32,000 bases of DNA from Thermodesulfobacteriota bacterium. Its GTDB lineage: Bacteria; Desulfobacterota; WTBG01; JAGOGO01. This document shows, piece after piece, positions 1 through 9,027 of this stretch. Position 1 is the stretch's first letter; each line of letters opens with the position of its first letter. The DNA is taken from assembly GCA_026625185.1 (NCBI GenBank), contig CP113000.1, positions 1,845,622 through 1,877,621 on the forward strand, in the 5' to 3' direction. The position numbers and the translations under genes are program-made. Under the pieces are notes generated by a model. That model did not search any database. It saw only the letters and a program-made list of their open reading frames with translations, and had not been told where the DNA came from.

Positions 1-1503
1 TATCAGATCGCGTCGGGAAACTTTTCCGGTTGAGGTTTTTGGCAAGGCGTCACGCGATTCTATTATTTTGGGAACCTTGAAATTTGCGAGATGCTCCCGG
101 CAGAAAGCAAGCAGCGCTTTTTTATCGAGCCGTTTTCCCGGTTTCAGCACCACGACCGCTTTGATCGCCTGTCCCCGGTCTTCATCCGGAATCCCGACGG
201 CTCCTGCCTCGAGGATGTCGTGATGTTTCAAAAGAACATTCTCCACTTCCGCGGGAAAGACATTTAAGCCCCCAGTAATAATCATATCGTCTTTTCTTCC
301 CAGGTGGTAGACAAAACCGTCTTGATCTATCTTTCCCAGATCACCGGTATGGAGCCATCCATCCTTAATCATCTCCTGGGTGTCTTCAAGGCCATTATGG
401 TAGCCCTTCATAACCATAGGCCCCTTAACAACGATCTCCCCGACCTCTCCGGGAGCAACTTCCTGGTCATTGCCGTCTAAGAGCCTTAATACTATCTCCG
501 GCACGGGGAGGCCGATGCTTCCCATCTTGGTGTCGGCATAGTCAAGGGGCAAGAGCGTTATATAAGGCGAAGTCTCAGTAAGACCATATCCCTGGATGAC
601 CTTTACTGTGGGAAAAGCGTGCCGGAATTCTTGCATCAGCGGCAAGGGGACATTTGTCCCCATCATGGAGACATAAACCAGGCTTTTTAAGTGGTATCGT
701 TCGGGATGGGGCACGCGCAGAATGGCCTGAAAAATCGGCGGCACGCCGAAAAAATAGGTTACGCCAAAGCGGTCAACTTCTTCGAGAATGCGATCCGGCC
801 GGAGATTTTCAAATAACACGATGGTTGAACCATTGAGGGCGATCATGTTGGATATGATGGGACCGGAAATGTGGGAGAGGGGGATGATGAAGCCAATGAC
901 GTCATCTTCTCCTGCACCGACCATCCGATTCATGGTAAGCGGGTAATAATCCAAGTTCTTAAACGTGAGCACGACCCCTTTAGGCTTTCCGGTGGTTCCG
1001 GAGGTATAGAGGTAGAGTGCCTCATCCGCTTCATCAATCGCGACTTCCTCCAATCTTGTTGGGACATCCTCGCTTAAGAGAGCTTCTAAGCGAAAAGTTT
1101 CCGGGTGTTCGCCTTCAAAAAGCACCACCGTATGGAGCAGTCTCCGCGCCGCGCCTAAATCAGATTCAATTTCCACAAATTTATCCTTTAAGGTAAAGAG
1201 CGCTTTAACGTCCGCATCCATCAAGACGGAGAATAATTCATCTCCTTTAAAACGAAAGTCGAGCGGCACTCCGATTGCTCCCAGCCTGATTATCCCAAAG
1301 TAAATGATTATGAACTCGGGGATATTAGGGAAAACGATTGCCACGCGATCTCCCTTTTTGATTCCGCGGCGTGAAAGAAAAGTTGCCACCCGGTCAGCCC
1401 TCAGGTCAAGCTCGCTAAAAGTGAAAGACTTATTTCCAAAGATAACAGCCTTCTTATCCGGCAGTCGGGAAGCGGTTTTTCGTAGTACTGTTCCGACATT
1501 CAT
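1..1503 (-). CDS. AMP-dependent acyl-CoA (or acyl-ACP) synthetase, fatty-acid--CoA ligase family; the 3' end leaves the window by a few codons
   Basis: Absent from the ORF track because it is open at the left edge. The rc ATG is at 1503-1501, preceded by AGGTGA. My translation begins MNVGTVLRKTASRLPDKKAVIFGNKSFTFSELDLRADRVATFLSRRGIKKGDRVAIVFPN. The in-frame AMP-binding P-loop YTSGTTGKPKG lies at 1008-976. The last codons in the window read LPKTSTGKVSRRDLI, the usual C-terminal motif of this family. Confidence 0.9.
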   Translation of the reverse strand, partial: MNVGTVLRKTASRLPDKKAVIFGNKSFTFSELDLRADRVATFLSRRGIKKGDRVAIVFPNIPEFIIIYFGIIRLGAIGVPLDFRFKGDELFSVLMDADVKALFTLKDKFVEIESDLGAARRLLHTVVLFEGEHPETFRLEALLSEDVPTRLEEVAIDEADEALYLYTSGTTGKPKGVVLTFKNLDYYPLTMNRMVGAGEDDVIGFIIPLSHISGPIISNMIALNGSTIVLFENLRPDRILEEVDRFGVTYFFGVPPIFQAILRVPHPERYHLKSLVYVSMMGTNVPLPLMQEFRHAFPTVKVIQGYGLTETSPYITLLPLDYADTKMGSIGLPVPEIVLRLLDGNDQEVAPGEVGEIVVKGPMVMKGYHNGLEDTQEMIKDGWLHTGDLGKIDQDGFVYHLGRKDDMIITGGLNVFPAEVENVLLKHHDILEAGAVGIPDEDRGQAIKAVVVLKPGKRLDKKALLAFCREHLANFKVPKIIESRDALPKTSTGKVSRRDLI

Positions 1504-1561
1504 AATTCGCTCACCTTTCGTAAAAAAAAGCTTAAACCAAACGCCAATAATAAAATAAAGG

Positions 1562-1607
1562 GATTGGGAACCTCAGGAATATACATGCAATTCATAAATT
1601 CCCAATC
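1562..1607 (-). other. Inverted repeat in the 155-nt gap between the OM-barrel gene and the ligase gene (possible terminator, attenuator or processing hairpin)
   Basis: GATTGGGAA (1562-1570) pairs with TTCCCAATC (1599-1607). The 28-nt interior contains GAAT...ATTC. On the minus strand it is followed by CCTTTATTTTATTATT. The loop is large for a canonical intrinsic terminator. Confidence 0.25.
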
Positions 1608-1658
1608 ACTCGCTGAGCACATTTGTCACATTTGAAAAGTTAACGCTAAGACAACCAG

Positions 1659-3140
1659 TTAAAAGCCGTATTTAATCTCACAATACACCTCATCATTGTC
1701 CCGGAATTCACCGAGAAGGGTTCCCCGTTTTCCCCAGAACATATGACCGCCTACGGCGACATTCAGGTAGTCCCTGACCTCGTACTCGATCCGGGGCGAT
1801 ATTCTCCACTCGTTTAGCGTTCCGTACATGAACAGGCAATCGGGCTTGATTCTTTCATGCATGAAGTCAGTGGAGATTCTGGTGGTTAAAAAGGTATAGT
1901 ATTTATTGAGTCGGGCATTGGTCGGACCAAAAAGAAGATTATTCCCATTTTCGCTGGTTTTGTTTGTCACGAGTTGGATGAACTGAAAACTGGCCAGCCA
2001 GTTGGTCACAATGTATTTATCGATCCCGAGCACGTACTTATAGTTATCCACTTTGGTAATTCCGTAATAGATAGCCTTAGTTGGTACGGAGTAAGGGTAG
2101 AAAGGAACAGATATATAGTCCTTAAGCCACAACCCTTCAGTCTTGTTATTGTTGTTGTGGATATAGGCAAACTCTCCACGGACGGTGGTTCCGGTTAAGG
2201 GGCCGCTGTTAATACCTTTAGTAAAGGTAAAGCCAAGGAGTTGGGTCATAGGGTATTTATACTTCAACACATAATCTCCTTGGTAAGGTCCGTTTGTAAA
2301 TTGCTGAGGACCCAAATTAGAGATATGGACGTTTCCTGCAAACGTGCCATAACCGTGGAGGTAGTTGAGAGTATATTCGAGCCCATTGGGAAGAATGTCG
2401 AGCCACCGCACGCCGAAGGAAGAATTTTTAAAGCTCTGACCAGGGTACTGGTGATTTTCATCAAACGTGTAATGCCCATTTGATGCTAATTGGTGTAATG
2501 GATCAATGAGGTCCTTTTGGAGGAGGGTAAAGGAATAGTAGGTAAAGGGCGAGCCGGCAGGCGCGTAGTAGTCGGTTTCAAAATCCGGTATAAAGAGAAA
2601 CTGGAGAGTACCGTTGACCTTTGGAGAATATTCAATCTTCAGCATCCACCGGGGAATCCTGCTGTCCGCATAGTTATCGAGAAGATACTCTCTCTGGTCA
2701 GTAGGGCAGACCACATCCATAATCTTGATGCCATCGGCAGTACCCCACACCACCTGCTGTTTCCCAATCCTGACATCCAGGCTGGGTGATTCGTAGTTTA
2801 GGTAACATTCCCTGAGCCAGTCAGTACCCCGGGTGCGGTGAAGACGGCTCCGGTTATCTTCGAACAGAGGATTTACATCAAAAGCATTGTCATAGAAATA
2901 ACGAAAAATAGTGAAAAAACTGAATCTGTCATTAAGCATGTACTCAGCTTCAAGCTGGAAGGTGTTTTCGATCTTCATGAACTCACGGTCATGATTGGGG
3001 TTATAGGCGGTCTCATTCTTTAAAAATCCGGAGAGGGTTAACTTATTATCCAGCAAAGAAAGAGATGCCTGAGCAACCTTAGCGCTGCTCAGTAACAGGA
3101 GACATGCTCCGGCAACAAATAAAGCGATCGATTTCCTCAT
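1659..3140 (-). CDS. Outer-membrane beta-barrel protein, DUF1302-like
   Basis: 493-aa ORF with signal peptide MRKSIALFVAGACLLLLSSAKVAQA. The sequence is aromatic- and Gly-rich with an alternating pattern. The C-terminus is ...CEIKYGF, with the terminal Phe typical of OM barrels. It resembles the DUF1302 family (from memory), which normally pairs with LolA-like/DUF1329 proteins. Confidence 0.6.
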   Translation of the reverse strand: MRKSIALFVAGACLLLLSSAKVAQASLSLLDNKLTLSGFLKNETAYNPNHDREFMKIENTFQLEAEYMLNDRFSFFTIFRYFYDNAFDVNPLFEDNRSRLHRTRGTDWLRECYLNYESPSLDVRIGKQQVVWGTADGIKIMDVVCPTDQREYLLDNYADSRIPRWMLKIEYSPKVNGTLQFLFIPDFETDYYAPAGSPFTYYSFTLLQKDLIDPLHQLASNGHYTFDENHQYPGQSFKNSSFGVRWLDILPNGLEYTLNYLHGYGTFAGNVHISNLGPQQFTNGPYQGDYVLKYKYPMTQLLGFTFTKGINSGPLTGTTVRGEFAYIHNNNNKTEGLWLKDYISVPFYPYSVPTKAIYYGITKVDNYKYVLGIDKYIVTNWLASFQFIQLVTNKTSENGNNLLFGPTNARLNKYYTFLTTRISTDFMHERIKPDCLFMYGTLNEWRISPRIEYEVRDYLNVAVGGHMFWGKRGTLLGEFRDNDEVYCEIKYGF

Positions 3141-3165
3141 TTTTCGTTCCTCCTTTCTTTCCTTT

Positions 3166-4101
3166 CTACCATTTGGTCCGCATCAGCGCTTTGGGTGACA
3201 AAAGCTTTTCATCCACCCCGCTGTTAAACCTAATCCATTCGATTTCAACTGCAGTGGTATGATTTGTTCGGTGGTCAACACATTCCACATAGTTCATCGG
3301 GATGCACCCATTATCGCGTATTTCATACGTCCTGAGGATGTCTTTAAATTTTTTGCCATTGGGATCAAAAACATCATCGTGGACTTGAGCGCCAATATCT
3401 TTAGGAATAAACAAAGTTCGCCTTGAATAATACCACGGCTTACGTTTTGGTGTTGCTTCTACTACCCAACTGGGTGTATTTTTATAATAGGTCTTTCCGG
3501 TGTACTGAGAGGTATAGCCTGCAAAGGTGGCATCTTCTTTTACAAACTTATACGTTTCACTACTCCAGTTGCGGGTGGTCAATTCCTCAGTGGTGAGGTC
3601 TGACCCAAACGCAGCATCATCATCTTCCGCAGGCGATGCTCGGCGGATTTTTCTCTGACTGGGGAGCCAGATCCAGTTATCGCGCTCCCGGTTGGGGTCG
3701 AGGTACATCCAGGTAAGCACTGCCAGACCTTTGATATGCTGAGGTTCGGTTAGCACGATCAGATCCTTATAATCAAGTCCATCCTTTTCCAGAATGACCC
3801 GATAACGTTGCCATTTACGGGTCCGCTTAAGGCCGCTTCGGTCAATCATGACAAAATTCCCCACGCTCTCCTGGTCTTTAGCAAACTTAGTATATTTTAT
3901 AATATACTTAATTTGCATCAGGTTGTTCACATCAATGCCTGGATAAAGGTTTACTTTTTTGCAGCAGGTGGAGCAATCAACCGGAGCAGGTAGTAAGAGT
4001 GGTCTTTCTTCAGCGAAAGCTGGTTTAGTGTTCCCGCCTCCGAAAATTAAACCTACCAGCATGATGATGAGAAAGAATGGTAACAGTTTCAGCTTCATCA
4101 T
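3166..4101 (-). CDS. Periplasmic LolA-like outer membrane lipoprotein-sorting family protein
   Basis: 311-aa ORF with signal peptide MMKLKLLPFFLIIMLVGLIFGGGNTKPAFA. The block KGLAVLTWMYLDPNRERDNWIWLPSQRKIRRASPAEDDDAAFGSDLTTEEL matches the W-Y-LP-x-RRVRR...GSDF-x-EDL signature I recall for the LolA_like/DUF1329 group. GGAGGGAG lies upstream of the ATG. Confidence 0.65.
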   Translation of the reverse strand: MMKLKLLPFFLIIMLVGLIFGGGNTKPAFAEERPLLLPAPVDCSTCCKKVNLYPGIDVNNLMQIKYIIKYTKFAKDQESVGNFVMIDRSGLKRTRKWQRYRVILEKDGLDYKDLIVLTEPQHIKGLAVLTWMYLDPNRERDNWIWLPSQRKIRRASPAEDDDAAFGSDLTTEELTTRNWSSETYKFVKEDATFAGYTSQYTGKTYYKNTPSWVVEATPKRKPWYYSRRTLFIPKDIGAQVHDDVFDPNGKKFKDILRTYEIRDNGCIPMNYVECVDHRTNHTTAVEIEWIRFNSGVDEKLLSPKALMRTKW

Positions 4102-4255
4102 CTCCCTCCTTTTCTAAAGTTGATAATTTAAAAAATTTAGTTATGCCTCCTTACCTTCCTCAATCGGAAAAATAAAAAAATGAGAAATATTTTTAGCACC
4201 CCTCCTTCTGTCAACGTACAAAATTTTTACCTCTTCTTCTTGCTGGTGAAAAACT

Positions 4256-5260
4256 TTATTGGATTTTAACCTCTTTAAAAAGCGCAAAAAGCCGAGTAAA
4301 CGGTAAGTACCAGCGGGTGAGTTTTGTTAACTCACCCTTTAATTCCATCTTTTTTTGGGTGGTGGCCACAAAGGGGTCGAGTTTTCCAAAAAAAATCTGC
4401 TGCCAGATTTCCCGGGAAGCAGAGATTACAAAAGGAGCCTCACCAGCTTCATCAAGACCGTCTATCTTTCCTTTGACAAAATGAAACGTATATGCTTTTC
4501 CTGCTTCGCTGGCAAGCATGATTGCGAGGTCAACGCTTAGATCAAACTCAGCGCCTAATTTCCTAAAGGATTCATCGTTGTTCACCAGATCAACAATTGC
4601 CTCCATATGAGGCAAGGAAAACATCTCATAGAAAACCGCAGAAGAAGGTGAGAGGTCTTTTTTCAACTCTTCCTCAAAAGGATTCAGAGTTTCTTTTTTA
4701 AAAAGCCTGGCTACCCCGGCCATCCTCACCGCCTCTTCCAGACTTTCAATCAGATAAAAGGCCTCAGTAAAATTTTCTCCCATGGAGACCACACCATGAT
4801 TCTTCATTGCAACTAAATTGTTCATTTTAAGGGCATCAATAACTTCTTTGGGATTGGTTACACTGGGGGTGAACTGTTTTACTGCCGGAATCTGGCCTAA
4901 GAAAAGTTTGGTTTCAAAGGTTAAGATTTCTAGGTCATCATATACGGAAAAATAGGCATTGGTAAGAGGAGGGTGGCAGTGGATCACCCGGTTAATCTTG
5001 CTGAAATTTTTATAAATGAGACTATGCAAAGGAAACTCGGTAGAAAGACTTTTATTCGTGCAGTCAGCAGAGTTGGTTAAATCAACCGTGATAATATCTT
5101 CTTCTCTCAACTCACCCAGACTTACTGAGGTGGCAGTGATAAGGATTGTATCCTGCGCAAGACGGGAGCTCAAATTACCCCCACGGGCGACTGCCAGGCG
5201 GAGGTCATAAAGTTTTTTCCCTAATCGAATAATTTCTTCTTTTAGGAATTTTTCTTCCAT
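4256..5260 (-). CDS. Class II aldolase/adducin-family domain (MtnB/Ald2/FucA-like) fused to a C-terminal SCP2 sterol/lipid-binding domain
   Basis: 334 aa. The N-terminal ~200 aa carry class II aldolase hallmarks (GGNLSSRL, VIHCHPPLTNAY, MKNHGVVSMGENFTEAF). The C-terminal ~100 aa (AYTFHFVKGKIDGL...FFGKLDPFVATTQKKMELKGELTKL) match the SCP2 pattern GKL-x-P-x-AF-x-GKLKIKG. The start overlaps the upstream stop by 1 nt. Confidence 0.75.
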   Translation of the reverse strand: MEEKFLKEEIIRLGKKLYDLRLAVARGGNLSSRLAQDTILITATSVSLGELREEDIITVDLTNSADCTNKSLSTEFPLHSLIYKNFSKINRVIHCHPPLTNAYFSVYDDLEILTFETKLFLGQIPAVKQFTPSVTNPKEVIDALKMNNLVAMKNHGVVSMGENFTEAFYLIESLEEAVRMAGVARLFKKETLNPFEEELKKDLSPSSAVFYEMFSLPHMEAIVDLVNNDESFRKLGAEFDLSVDLAIMLASEAGKAYTFHFVKGKIDGLDEAGEAPFVISASREIWQQIFFGKLDPFVATTQKKMELKGELTKLTRWYLPFTRLFALFKEVKIQ

Positions 5261-6198
5261 CAGGAGATTCTCAGATAAATATGTCTGGTAATCAATGCTG
5301 CCGGGGTGATGTCAAAAGCGGGGTAATAGCCTTTCACTTCCTTTGGGGCAATTCTTTGGCCGGCAATGGTTAAGAGCTCTTTATCAGGTCGTATTTCAAT
5401 AGCAATATCCTTTCCGGTTCCGGCGTTTGACGGGGGGGGCGCCAGAACATAGAAGGGGATTTTAAATTTTCCGGCTAACAGGGCGATCTGATACGTTCCG
5501 ATCTTGTTGGCAATGTCTCCGTTGCGGGCAAGCTGGTCTGCGCCGGTGATTACTTTATTGACCAAACCTTCCGCAAATACATGGGCGACCGCACTGTCGG
5601 GAATGATGGTCACGTTAAATTCCGCTCTCTGGAGTTCCCAAGCCGTTAACCGCGAACCCTGAAAATAGGGCCTGGTTTCAGTAACAAAAAAGCTTATATG
5701 TTTTTTTTGTTTTCGGCAAAACGCCCCTATCAAAGGTAAAAGCCCGCTTACATTGCAGTGGGTAAGGATGACATCTCGGTCTTCAAAAAGCGCGCCGGCT
5801 GCCTGCGCTTGTTCGATCCGTTTAGCTTTAAGAAATTCCAAGAACCCTTTAATATTTTTTTCTACGGTAGAAGGTTCTTTTCCCCAGTCCAAGACCATGT
5901 CCGTTAAAAATTTAAACGGTAACGTGGGCCGGGTGGCATTGAGACTTTTAGCAATGAGGCTGAGGGTTGGTAAAAGCTTTTTCTCCTCCTTAATGCGTCT
6001 TACATAAAGCAGAAACGTGTAGAAAACCAGAAGCACCTGGCCGATAGCGCGGGTCTTCATGCTTTTTATCGCCCGACACGCCTCCTGATAATTTTTTATT
6101 TTAAAGTAAATGAGGCGTTGGGGGAGCTTGGTCTCATCAAGCGCCGAGATCGTCTCGCCTTTAAGCTCGACCGGCCAGAAAAGCGGAGAAAAATCCAT
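5260..6198 (-). CDS. eIF-2B alpha/beta/delta-family sugar-phosphate isomerase (5-methylthioribose-1-P / 5-deoxyribose-1-P isomerase-like)
   Basis: 312 aa. Motifs are VILTHCNVSG (compare THCNTG) and TGADQLARNGDIANKIGTYQIALLAGKFKIPFYVLAP (compare GADRIAANGDTANKIGTY), as in MtnA-type isomerases. It abuts the phosphorylase gene with no gap. Confidence 0.8.
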   Translation of the reverse strand: MDFSPLFWPVELKGETISALDETKLPQRLIYFKIKNYQEACRAIKSMKTRAIGQVLLVFYTFLLYVRRIKEEKKLLPTLSLIAKSLNATRPTLPFKFLTDMVLDWGKEPSTVEKNIKGFLEFLKAKRIEQAQAAGALFEDRDVILTHCNVSGLLPLIGAFCRKQKKHISFFVTETRPYFQGSRLTAWELQRAEFNVTIIPDSAVAHVFAEGLVNKVITGADQLARNGDIANKIGTYQIALLAGKFKIPFYVLAPPPSNAGTGKDIAIEIRPDKELLTIAGQRIAPKEVKGYYPAFDITPAALITRHIYLRIS

Positions 6199-6948
6199 TT
6201 ATTTTCCTTCCAGGTTTTTAACCGTTTGAAGAGCAATTTGAATGAGCTTTGTTTCCGCCATATAGTAGAGGGGGTTCATAAAACCCATCTCTCCGGTAAT
6301 CACATTATCGCTGACCGCCAGGATAGAAGCCGCCTTGACGTTATAAAGTTGGCTGATGGTAAGGAGGCACGATGAGACCATATCCACGGCGATCGCTCCT
6401 TCTTTCCGCTTTGCTTCGACAACTTCCCGGGTTTCCCGGAGGAGGGCATCCGTGGTCCAGACTTTGCCGGTGTAAACCTGCGACCCCATTCCTTTAGCTA
6501 CCTCGATGAGGGTGTCAGTAAGTTTTTTATCCGGCGTGGTTATAAATTTTTCATCAACATAATAAGGCGTTACCCCATCACCCCTGATAACGCTATCCAC
6601 CACAACCAAGTCTCCGACCTGCATTTTTTCATCTAAGGCACCACAGGTTCCGATCCGGATGATGTTTTTTATCTCCGCGTTACAGACAACCTCAGTGGTA
6701 ATGGCAGTATCCGCGCTGAACCTTCCGCCATTGATGGTGGTGATTTTCATCCCGTCGTATTCTCCGGTATACATGGCGTATTCCATAAAGGAAAAATTTC
6801 GCATCGCATCTTTCAATTTTTTAATCAGCACCTCCATCCGGTCTTTTGGTCCGGGAATGATGGCCCATTCTCCCACATCCTGGGGCCTTAACTGCACCAT
6901 GTCCGTTAGTTCTTTGCCGGTTAAATGGATCGGTTTCTGCATCTCCAT
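6199..6948 (-). CDS. Nucleoside phosphorylase, PNP_UDP_1 family (purine/uridine/MTA-type)
   Basis: 249 aa. The block NIIRIGTCGALDEKMQVGDLVVVDSVIRGDGVTPYY and the later AVDMVSS are typical of hexameric DeoD/Udp-type phosphorylases. Substrate is not inferable from sequence alone. Confidence 0.75.
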   Translation of the reverse strand: MEMQKPIHLTGKELTDMVQLRPQDVGEWAIIPGPKDRMEVLIKKLKDAMRNFSFMEYAMYTGEYDGMKITTINGGRFSADTAITTEVVCNAEIKNIIRIGTCGALDEKMQVGDLVVVDSVIRGDGVTPYYVDEKFITTPDKKLTDTLIEVAKGMGSQVYTGKVWTTDALLRETREVVEAKRKEGAIAVDMVSSCLLTISQLYNVKAASILAVSDNVITGEMGFMNPLYYMAETKLIQIALQTVKNLEGK

Positions 6949-6949
6949 G

Positions 6950-7864
6950 TCATGCTCCTTTCAGCAGATTATTAATAGTTTCACCGAGAATATTTTTTAT
7001 TTCGTTTTGGCTCAGGGGGAGTTGGGAAACTGCCTCCTGTGAACCCTTGATATCTTTTTTTGCCGGCCAGTCGCTTCCCCACAAAATATGCTGCGTGCCT
7101 AAGAGCTCTAACGCGGAAAGGAAGTTGGAGGTGGTTTTATCCCCGCCGGTATCCACATAGATATTTTTAAGGAATTGGGTGGGATTACCTCCCAAGTCTT
7201 TTACAAAATTAATTCCGCGTAACATTTTATAGGTCTCGTCAAACCGGTTGGCCACATGAGTGATGATGCCGCCAAAATTTGAAAAAATAAGCGTGAGTTC
7301 CGGAAAGAGCGTGAAGATGTCTGCCATCAAAAGTTTGCCAATGGAAATAGTGGTATCAAAAACATATTCGATAACCGGGGTCAGTAGGGGATCATTCACC
7401 CGTTCTGATCCGATGGGGTTGATAATCTGGGGATGAACAAAAATAGGGATGCGATTTTTCTGGGCGATCTCAAAAATCGGCCAAACCGTCCGGTCATCAA
7501 GATAAACCCCGTTATAGCTGCTTGCCAAAGAGAGAGCGCGAAAACCCAGCTGTTCAGTTGCGCGTCTCAGTTCGAAAACCATTTCTTCGGAATTGCCGAG
7601 CGGCAGTATAGCGGCGCCAATAAACCGATCAGGAAAGCGGACAACAATCCGGGCGATTGCGTCGTTATAAATTCTGGCTACCTCATTGAAGCTTCCCATT
7701 TTGAGGTGGGCGTTGGTGGTGGGGTAGCTTAAGACTGCCTGGTCTATTCCCGCTTTATCCATCATCGATACCTGAGCTTCAATATCACCCCACGCCGGGG
7801 AGAAAAAATGAGCATTGCGAATGATTTCCTCGGGCAGCCAGTGGCTGTGGGCGTCAATAATCAT
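6950..7864 (-). CDS. Amidohydrolase_2 (PF04909, ACMSD/resorcylate-decarboxylase-type) metal-dependent hydrolase/decarboxylase
   Basis: 304 aa. The N-terminus MIIDAHSHWLPEE carries the HxH metal motif. FVHPQ and WGSDWP blocks are typical of the family. The start overlaps the upstream gene by 4 nt. Confidence 0.7.
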   Translation of the reverse strand: MIIDAHSHWLPEEIIRNAHFFSPAWGDIEAQVSMMDKAGIDQAVLSYPTTNAHLKMGSFNEVARIYNDAIARIVVRFPDRFIGAAILPLGNSEEMVFELRRATEQLGFRALSLASSYNGVYLDDRTVWPIFEIAQKNRIPIFVHPQIINPIGSERVNDPLLTPVIEYVFDTTISIGKLLMADIFTLFPELTLIFSNFGGIITHVANRFDETYKMLRGINFVKDLGGNPTQFLKNIYVDTGGDKTTSNFLSALELLGTQHILWGSDWPAKKDIKGSQEAVSQLPLSQNEIKNILGETINNLLKGA

Positions 7865-8256
7865 TTATGTTCAGTACTCCGTAAAATCCGTTCAACCATT
7901 TCCTGGTGATAAAGGTTTTTTATTTCTTCCAAACCGTCTGCACCCAATTCTTTCACGATTGCTTTTTCGATGGCTTTTAATTTTAAAGCAAGAAATTGGT
8001 GTTCGGGATTGAGGTAGTCTCCTTTCAGTGACCTCAAGGTTTCGCAGTCCTTGTCCTTATTGTTCACATAAGTGTTAAAGTCCTCAAAAAAAATTTGATA
8101 GTTAAGTTCTTCTTTTCGCAACTCTTCTCGAATAAACTTATCTATGTCAATCTGGGTGAACTTCCGGTCGACACGATCAAGGGCTTCTTTGGTTTCTTTA
8201 TAAAGCCAGATGAGATATCTTTTCTTTAAATTAAGAGTATCGTCCATTTTCATCAT
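7861..8256 (-). CDS. Hypothetical protein (131 aa, charged, predicted helical)
   Basis: The ORF is translationally coupled on both sides (4-nt overlaps at 8253-8256 and 7861-7864). I recognise no motif in it. Confidence 0.5.
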   Translation of the reverse strand: MMKMDDTLNLKKRYLIWLYKETKEALDRVDRKFTQIDIDKFIREELRKEELNYQIFFEDFNTYVNNKDKDCETLRSLKGDYLNPEHQFLALKLKAIEKAIVKELGADGLEEIKNLYHQEMVERILRSTEHK

Positions 8257-9026
8257 TTATCAGGGTGCTCCTGTTTGTAAGGGATTACCGGTTCGGTCCA
8301 TGGGGTCTGCTGGTTGATAACCGAAATCTCCAAAGGACAAACATTCGCCGGCACGTTTAGCGCGAATTTGACGGCATTTTCAATTGCCTCCGTGGTCATC
8401 AGCCGTGATCGATCCACGGTTATTTTATCAAGTTTTTCGGTCAGCTCGGTATCGGTTACTCCGGGAAGGATGGAAGTTATCTTTATTCCATGGTCCCGCA
8501 TCTCCCAGAAAAGGCCTTTGGAAAAAGCCCGCAGCCCGACTTTTAAAGAACTATAAACCAGGAACGTTCGCGGAAGCGGATCACAGAGGGTGGAACCGGA
8601 GACCATATTGATAATGGTGCCGGACTTTCTTTTTATCATATCGTTTATGACTAAACGGATCATTCGCACGTAACCCAGGTAGTTGGTATGAACCAACCGT
8701 TCAAAATCCTCAAACGGCTGTTTTTCAAACGGGTACTGGCTCGAAATTCCGGCATTGTTGATCAGAATATCAATCGCTCCAAATTGTTTTTGAGTCTTTT
8801 TTACCAGGTTCTCAAGATCTTCGAATTGCGTTACATCAGTTGAAACCGGGAGGACCTCGACTCCATAATGGTTTGCGATTTCGACCGCGGTTTCTTCCAA
8901 AGGACCTTCTCCTCGGGCTGCCAAGCTCAAGTTGATCCCAAGACTCGCTGCTGCTTCCGCAATCGCCTTGCCGATGCCGCGGCTTGCGCCGGTGATGATA
9001 GCGGTCTTTCCTTTTAACAGTTCCAT
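8253..9026 (-). CDS. Short-chain dehydrogenase/reductase (SDR), candidate ketoreductase
   Basis: 257 aa. It has the TGASRGIGKAIAE cofactor motif, NNAG (LINNAGISS) and catalytic YSSLK (YxxxK). Confidence 0.85.
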   Translation of the reverse strand: MELLKGKTAIITGASRGIGKAIAEAAASLGINLSLAARGEGPLEETAVEIANHYGVEVLPVSTDVTQFEDLENLVKKTQKQFGAIDILINNAGISSQYPFEKQPFEDFERLVHTNYLGYVRMIRLVINDMIKRKSGTIINMVSGSTLCDPLPRTFLVYSSLKVGLRAFSKGLFWEMRDHGIKITSILPGVTDTELTEKLDKITVDRSRLMTTEAIENAVKFALNVPANVCPLEISVINQQTPWTEPVIPYKQEHPDK

Positions 9027-9027
9027 A

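Noticed and set aside
654-1558. Three plus-strand ORFs (60, 68 and 84 aa) from the ORF track
   Set aside because: They lie antisense within the clearly coding minus-strand acyl-CoA ligase gene, whose P-loop and C-terminal motifs are in frame. They have no motifs or RBS and are shadow ORFs.
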